A stretch of DNA of 64,000 nt, taken from the NCBI GenBank assembly GCA_031459875.1, contig JAVKHQ010000002.1, forward strand, positions 41,965-105,964, in the 5' to 3' direction. The translations under genes were made by a program, and so were the position numbers. Source of the DNA: Candidatus Fervidifonticultor sextus. Its GTDB lineage: Bacteria > Sysuimicrobiota > Sysuimicrobiia > Sysuimicrobiales > Humicultoraceae. The notes under the pieces were generated by a model that saw nothing but the letters and a program-made list of their open reading frames with translations, had not been told where the DNA came from and made no database searches. Of the stretch, positions 58,439 through 64,000 are shown piece by piece (the stretch's first letter is position 1; each line of letters starts with the position of its first letter).

Positions 58439-60352
58439 ATGAGTCGGGCGTTGGAGCGGTTCAAGCGACTCCCACGGCGGTCCGACGATCGGTGGCAGGG
58501 AGGGCTCGTGCGGCTGCCGACGTGGATCGACGGCGGCCCTGACGGCAAGCCGTACCGCCCGTGGGCGGGCGTCTGGGTCAGCCTGCAGAGCGGGTTCGCC
58601 CACCTCAAGCTCGAGTCCGAGCCGGGGGCGCACGACTGGACCCTGGCCCTGGATGCGCTCGTCGAGTTCGGGCTGAAGCGGGAGCTGACCGGCTACCGGC
58701 CGGGAGCGCTCGAGGTCGCAGACGGCGATCTGGGGGCCTGCCTGCTGGAGGCCATCGGGGACAGGGATCTCGCAATTGCGGTCGTGGGCGATCTCCCCGC
58801 CGTGAGACGGGTCCTCGCCGAGATGGCCGTGCAGATGGCGGGCACGCCCCTGCCGCCCGACGCCCTCGATGCCCCCGGCGTGACCGTAGACCGCATGCGC
58901 GCCTTCGCCGAAGCGGCCAAGCGGTTCTACGAGGCCGCGCCCTGGCGCCACCTCACGGATGAGGACCTGATCCATGTGGAGGCCCCAGCAGTTGAGCGCG
59001 GCCTCAGGTACCTCACCGTCCTCGGCGCTGCTGGCCAGACCTTCGGCCTGGGGTTCTTCGATTCCGAAGCCGACTATGTCGAACTGGCGGAAGGGTCGGT
59101 GAGGGAGCCCCTCATGGAGCGGCCGCGGTGGTCGCTCTTCTACGATCCCCTCTATCAGATGCCGTTCGGCGACGCCGAGCTGTGGGAGGAGCACGGCCTG
59201 CCGATCGCCGGAGATGACGCGTATCCTGTGGCGGTCCGGTTCAGCCCGGACGGGACACTGCGCCGGCCGGATGCCGGTGTCCTCTCCTACCTTGAGGGCC
59301 TGCTCCGGGCCCTCGCAGAGACGACCGAAGACGAGATGGATCAGGGACGCTGGGTGCATCACGTGGAGACCTTCGACGGACCGGCGGCCTACCGGCTTTC
59401 CATCCCTCACCTGCTGGAGCCCCTCGACGCCCCCCGGGCCGTGCCGGGCGCCGGCCTCCCGGACCGGCGGGCGATGGAGCGCGTCACGCTGGAAATGGAG
59501 CGCCTCATCGCCCGGTCGGAGTTTGACGACATCGAGCAGGCGCACGAGGCCCTCCGGCGGCACTTCAGCGGTCCCATGCACAGGATCCCGTCGACCGCGT
59601 TGACGCCCCTGGAGAAAGCACAAGAGATCGCCTTCCGGGCGTTCGAGGCCCGCGGTCGACGCCGGATCCAGCTGGCCCGGAGGGCGCTCGAACTGTCCCC
59701 TGACTGCGCCGACGCCTATGTGATCCTGGCCGAGCAGACAGGGGACCTCGCTCGGGCACGCGACCTCTACGCACAGGGGGTCGCCGCCGGCGAGCGCGCG
59801 CTCGGGCCCCGCATCTTCGCCGAGAAGGCCGGCCGCTTCTGGGGCCTGATCGCCACCCGGCCCTACATGCGCGCCCGCTTCGGGCTGGCACGGTGCCTGG
59901 AGGCGCTCGGCCAGGCGGACGAAGCCATCGGTCACTACCGGGAGCTCCTTCGGCTGAACCCGAACGACAACCAGGGTGCCCGCTACAGTCTTCTGTCGGC
60001 CCTGCTCGCCAGGGGCCGCGACGACGAGACGGGGGTGCTCCTCCAACAGTTCAGGGGCGAGGCATCCGCATTGTGGCGGTACGGGGCGGCCCTCTGGACG
60101 TTCCGCCGGGAGGGCGACAGCCGGGCCGCGCGCGAACGCCTGCGGCGGGCGCACAGCACCAACCGCTACGTCCCGAAGTATCTGAGCGGCCTGGAGGCCC
60201 TACCGGATACAGACCCACCTTCGTACACGCTGGGCAGCGAGGAGGAAGCCATCATCTGCGCCCGGGAACTGGCGGAGGCGTGGCAGGCCACGCCGGGTGC
60301 CGAGGAGTGGTTGCGCTCGAGGATGCGTGCGAAGAAGTCGCGGAGGCCATAG
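58439..60352 (+). CDS. TPR-containing protein with uncharacterised N-terminal domains
   Basis: FYEAAPW; ALELSPDCADAY; FWGLIATRPYMRA; LRLNPNDNQGARY. Confidence 0.8.
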   Translation: MSRALERFKRLPRRSDDRWQGGLVRLPTWIDGGPDGKPYRPWAGVWVSLQSGFAHLKLESEPGAHDWTLALDALVEFGLKRELTGYRPGALEVADGDLGACLLEAIGDRDLAIAVVGDLPAVRRVLAEMAVQMAGTPLPPDALDAPGVTVDRMRAFAEAAKRFYEAAPWRHLTDEDLIHVEAPAVERGLRYLTVLGAAGQTFGLGFFDSEADYVELAEGSVREPLMERPRWSLFYDPLYQMPFGDAELWEEHGLPIAGDDAYPVAVRFSPDGTLRRPDAGVLSYLEGLLRALAETTEDEMDQGRWVHHVETFDGPAAYRLSIPHLLEPLDAPRAVPGAGLPDRRAMERVTLEMERLIARSEFDDIEQAHEALRRHFSGPMHRIPSTALTPLEKAQEIAFRAFEARGRRRIQLARRALELSPDCADAYVILAEQTGDLARARDLYAQGVAAGERALGPRIFAEKAGRFWGLIATRPYMRARFGLARCLEALGQADEAIGHYRELLRLNPNDNQGARYSLLSALLARGRDDETGVLLQQFRGEASALWRYGAALWTFRREGDSRAARERLRRAHSTNRYVPKYLSGLEALPDTDPPSYTLGSEEEAIICARELAEAWQATPGAEEWLRSRMRAKKSRRP

Positions 60353-60843
60353 AACTGGCCGGCCTCAGCGTGCCGAGGGATCGATCACCTTGAGCCTGGC
60401 AACGTATCGCCGGCATCGGTGGACGTGCGAAGTTTGAATTGAACGGTCCATAGACCCGATCCACCGGATGCCCGCCGGGGCCTTCTGCACCCTGGCTGGC
60501 GAACCGACCGGTTGCAGCAGGCCCTGCGGGTCGCCAATCCGATCCGCCAGCGAGCCGGCTTTGGCCACCAGGAGCGCCTTCGCCGGGCCGACGGCCTCGA
60601 CACCCTGCTGGATCAGCCAGCGGCAGGTGTGCCGGACGAGCACCACCTGGTCCAGGTCGCCCAGCCACCGCCTGCGGGCTGCACGCCGGGTGGGCTTCCG
60701 GGATCGGATCTCCCACCCGTGGGCGCGTGGCAGTGCTCGCAGGTCTCCGAACCTTCTGCATCGCTGTCCGGCGCCACGGCCAGCCTCTCTTCGAGGGGGC
60801 GCAGCGGCAGGACGTGGCGCCAATCGAAGATGGTGTGCCATGG

Positions 60844-61161
60844 CTACACCGCCACCCCCTCGCGGACCGCCTCGGCGACCGTGGAAATCTCCGCGGACTT
60901 CCGGGCGAACTCCGTGGGCGTGTAGCAGAGGGGCTGGAGGTCCACATCCAGATCCCACAGATCCAACACCGCGCGGAACCGGTCGGGCCAGGCGATGCCC
61001 TCAAAAGCCGACGAGACCAGGATGAGGTCGTAATCGCTGTCGAGCAACTCATCGCCCCGCGCGCGCGAGCCGAAGAGGATCGCCCGTTCCAGCGGAAAGC
61101 GTGCGCCCACCGCCTGAAGGAACCTGCTCAACCCCGACCGGTCAATGCCGCGGTGACCCAT
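60844..61161 (-). CDS. Minimal nucleotidyltransferase (MNT antitoxin)
   Basis: ILFGSRARGD...SDYDLIL; YTPTEF. Confidence 0.88.
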   Translation of the reverse strand: MGHRGIDRSGLSRFLQAVGARFPLERAILFGSRARGDELLDSDYDLILVSSAFEGIAWPDRFRAVLDLWDLDVDLQPLCYTPTEFARKSAEISTVAEAVREGVAV

Positions 61162-61517
61162 TGATGGACGCGCTCCGCCGCTTCCAGGAGCGTGGACGCC
61201 CTCCGCTCATCATAGTTCTCAGCCGGCACGCCATTGGCCGCGTCCGGGTACCGGGAGGTCGCGTATTCGGGGTTGAGGAGACGAAGATCGCTCAGCACCT
61301 CCTCGGGCACCTCAAGCAGCCGCCCCAATTCCACCAGGTTATGGGTCTTCGGAGGCATGCTCCGCCGGAGTTCGATGATGGCACCCTTCAGCCACTTCTC
61401 CGCCGCCTGGTGGCAGGCGAACGCCGCTGCGAAATGGAATCCGGCGCTGGTACTGGCCCTGGCATGGGCCAGATCGGCATCGGCCTGGACAATCCACCGC
61501 CGCGCTTCCTCTCGCAT
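61128..61517 (-). CDS. HEPN domain protein (putative toxin)
   Basis: W..QA..DL..A, FACHQAAEK.LK, KTHNL, SRYPD. Confidence 0.88.
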   Translation of the reverse strand: MREEARRWIVQADADLAHARASTSAGFHFAAAFACHQAAEKWLKGAIIELRRSMPPKTHNLVELGRLLEVPEEVLSDLRLLNPEYATSRYPDAANGVPAENYDERRASTLLEAAERVHQWVTAALTGRG

Positions 61518-61740
61518 GGACCTGACCTCCCAACAACATATTCGCGGCTTTGCGGGGAAACACTCCCTCGAGGGTAACGGCGCGAAGCATCGCGGTCGAC
61601 CCAAGGGAAGGGTCAGCGTATTCACTTCGAGAAGAGTTGAGAAAGGTGAGTATTTCATGGCCTGCCCGCCGCCGGCATCGGTTCGGACTCTGCTGGAAGG
61701 ATAGCCCCGGATGCCGCAGCGTCGCCCCGGGCCACCGCGG

Positions 61741-63183
61741 ATGCACCCGCGTCGCGCCGAGCCGTTTTTGGACCTCGATCCCGCCGACCTCGACCGGGTC
61801 CGGACCGCCCTGCGCGCCGCCGATCCGGACGGCCATCTGGCGCCCATCGGGCTGCGGCACCTCGTCATCGGAGGCGACGCGCTGCCCCGGCTGTCCGACG
61901 TGGTGGCCGCCGTGGCTCGCAGTCCCCGGGTCGTGCTCGTGCAGGACGCCACGCCGATGCGGCGGGGGACGGGCGACCTCAAGCCCGACGTGGCCCGCCT
62001 GCTCGCCGCCCGCTTCGCCCTCGAGGTCGCGGTGATCGGTCGCGGACGTGCCGAGATCCACGGAGACGAACAGGACCTGGCGCAGGCCACAGCCGCCGTC
62101 GAGGGGGCCGGGTGCGCGGTGGCCCTGGGATCGGGGACCATCACGGATCTCTGCAAGGAAGCGACGCGCCTGGCCGGTGGCGTGCCCCTGGTCGTCGTGC
62201 AGACTGCGGCCTCGGTGAACGCGTTCGCCGACGACCTGGCCGTCCTGGTCAGGGCGGGGACGAAGCGCACCACGCCCTCACGGTGGGCTGATGCGCTGCT
62301 GATCGATCTCCAGGTCCTGGCCGATGCGCCGCCGGCCATGACGCTGGCCGGCTTCGGCGACCTGATGGCGGTCTGGACCGCGCCCGCCGACTGGTCTCTG
62401 GCCAGCCGGCTGGGGATGGACGACGCCTACCATCCGGCGCCGGTCGCCATGCTGGTGGAGCCTGCCAGGGCGATGCTCGCGGCCGCGCCCGGGCTGGCTG
62501 CGCGCCGGCCGGAGGCACTGGACCGCCTCGCGCGGCTCCTCACCCTCAGCGGGATGGCGATGGGGGTGGCCCGCACGACGGCGCCGCTGTCGGGGACCGA
62601 GCACCTGATCAGCCACCTGATCGACATGGCGGCCATCGGAGCCGGCCGTCCGACCGCACTGCACGGCGCGCAGGTGGGGGTCTGCGCCGTCGTCGCGGCC
62701 GCGGCGTGGCAGGTCTTTCTCGACGAATTCGATCCGGCGCAGGCCGACCTGGAGCGCGCGTTCCCGGACGAGGCCACCATGGAGCCCGTCGTCCGGGGGG
62801 CGTTTGCGTCAACAGACGCGGACGGCCGGGCGGGGGACGAGTGCTGGAACGACGTCCGCCGAAAGCTGCGACGCTGGCAGGCGGCCCGGCCGTGCCTCAA
62901 GGCCTTCCTGAGCGCCTGGCCCAGGCACCGGGCCGCCCTGGCGGCGATGACGCTGCCCCCAGAACGCCTCGCAGACGCGCTGCGATCCGCGGGCGCGCCC
63001 GTCCGCTTCTCCGACCTGGCGCCTCCGGTGCCGGCGGAAGTGGCGCGGTGGGCGCTTGGCTGCGGCCACCTGATGCGCAACCGCTTCACGCTGCTCGACC
63101 TGCTGGCCGTGCTGGGACGGTGGGATGAGCGCGGGGTTGCCCGCGTGCTGGACCGCGCCCGCGCCGCGGGAGGAGGACTGTGA
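61741..63183 (+). CDS. sn-glycerol-1-phosphate dehydrogenase/AraM-like (DHQS-like fold)
   Basis: GSGTITDLCK, TAASVNAF, AGFGD, SGTEHLISH, LHGAQVG. Confidence 0.82.
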   Translation: MHPRRAEPFLDLDPADLDRVRTALRAADPDGHLAPIGLRHLVIGGDALPRLSDVVAAVARSPRVVLVQDATPMRRGTGDLKPDVARLLAARFALEVAVIGRGRAEIHGDEQDLAQATAAVEGAGCAVALGSGTITDLCKEATRLAGGVPLVVVQTAASVNAFADDLAVLVRAGTKRTTPSRWADALLIDLQVLADAPPAMTLAGFGDLMAVWTAPADWSLASRLGMDDAYHPAPVAMLVEPARAMLAAAPGLAARRPEALDRLARLLTLSGMAMGVARTTAPLSGTEHLISHLIDMAAIGAGRPTALHGAQVGVCAVVAAAAWQVFLDEFDPAQADLERAFPDEATMEPVVRGAFASTDADGRAGDECWNDVRRKLRRWQAARPCLKAFLSAWPRHRAALAAMTLPPERLADALRSAGAPVRFSDLAPPVPAEVARWALGCGHLMRNRFTLLDLLAVLGRWDERGVARVLDRARAAGGGL

Positions 63184-63214
63184 CCGTGCCGGAGTGCCCC
63201 GCCGGAGGGGGCTC

Positions 63215-63919
63215 GTGAGCACCCCGGAGTTCATCCTCATGCTGACGCGCGACGATGTGACGGTACCCGACGCGGTGGAGGTCTATGCCGAAGTCCGCGG
63301 CGCCGCGCTCCGCTATGTGGGCTTCAAGGACGTGGGGCTCCCGTTCGACCGCCTGCGCGCGCTGGCCGAGGCGGTCCGTGGCGACGGCCGTCAGGTGGTG
63401 CTCGAGGTCGTCAGCGAGCGCCGCGACGAGGAACTGCGCTCCGCGCGGGCCGGGCTGGCCCTCGGCGTCGACTACCTGATGGGCGGCACACACGCCGGCG
63501 ACGTCACGCGGATCCTGGCGGGATCGCCGGTGCGCTACTGTCCGTTTCCGGGCACGGTGGTCGGGCACCCCAGCCGGCTACGCGGCACGATCGAGGAGAT
63601 CGCCGACAGCGCGCGGCGACTGGCCGCCACCGACGGCGTCTTCGGCCTCGACCTCCTCGCGTACCGGTACGACGGGGACGTCGAGACGCTGGTCCGCTCC
63701 GTGGTCGCCGCTGCCGGCGTGCCGGTCATCGCTGCGGGCAGCATCAGCGCGCCGGCGCAGATCCGCCATCTGGCGGCGCTCGGTGTGTGGGGCTTCACCG
63801 TGGGGACGGCGATCTTCGAGCGACGGTTTGCCGCCGGCGACCCCTCGCTGCGGGCACAGGTGGATGCGGTGCTGGAGATCTGCCGGCGCCTGCCGCAGGC
63901 TCTTGACGCAAGTCGGTAG
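63215..63919 (+). CDS. TIM-barrel protein of unknown function (phosphate-binding barrel)
   Basis: MLTRDDVTV, VGFKDVG, LEVVS, YCPFPG...GHPS, GLDLLAYR, AAGSI, FTVGTAIF. Confidence 0.75.
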   Translation: MSTPEFILMLTRDDVTVPDAVEVYAEVRGAALRYVGFKDVGLPFDRLRALAEAVRGDGRQVVLEVVSERRDEELRSARAGLALGVDYLMGGTHAGDVTRILAGSPVRYCPFPGTVVGHPSRLRGTIEEIADSARRLAATDGVFGLDLLAYRYDGDVETLVRSVVAAAGVPVIAAGSISAPAQIRHLAALGVWGFTVGTAIFERRFAAGDPSLRAQVDAVLEICRRLPQALDASR

Positions 63920-64000
63920 CCGGATGAACGGGCAGGCCCTGGGGTCGCGTCCGCTACACGCGTTGTCCTTCCGCCGGGGTGACCGCCTCGACGAGATCGG

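Noticed and set aside
60360..60843. Weak ORFs after the MNT gene, including a HicA-like phrase (LRALPRAHGWEIRSRK) and a CEHCH in another frame
   Set aside because: No sustained similarity in any frame; probably debris or chance
61518..61660. Cys-rich upstream extension in frame with HEPN (MKYSPF...RICCWEVRS)
   Set aside because: A good RBS (GGAGG) precedes ATG 61517; the extension overlaps the probable divergent promoter region
63924..64000. ORF start MNGQALGSRP... at the window edge
   Set aside because: Too short to identify

Overview
A 64 kb window from a high-GC, gene-dense bacterial chromosome. Archaeal-type ProS, ApgM and a HEPN/MNT pair suggest a thermophilic or subsurface lineage, possibly Armatimonadota/CSP1-3-like; this is inference only. 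From left to right: truncated ribD under an FMN riboswitch that carries an extra hairpin; housekeeping hydrolases; a copper/redox cluster; a decaying mercury-resistance island (merA, ArsR-type regulator, CcdA-like, TlpA-like and small Cys-Cys membrane genes, plus a possible selenocysteine merB remnant cut by an IS1-type element) ending at proS; a DUF4395-thioredoxin operon preceded by an unannotated Cys-containing leader peptide; a MarR-protoglobin pair; a FadR-regulated oxalate-oxidoreductase-like operon with a tripartite tricarboxylate transporter; a GntR-ddl-dapF-apgM operon whose DapF has Ser at both catalytic Cys positions, divergent from an amino-acid catabolic/ABC operon; two convergent operons each led by a fluoride riboswitch; nfo and neighbours; HEPN-MNT; and the start of a polyol-type operon. 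The best candidate for an undescribed system is the second fluoride-riboswitch operon (51612-53457), which controls only proteins of unknown function: two RHH/coiled-coil-like paralogs and a DUF6062-like Cys/His protein. All calls come from reading motifs by eye; no searches were run.
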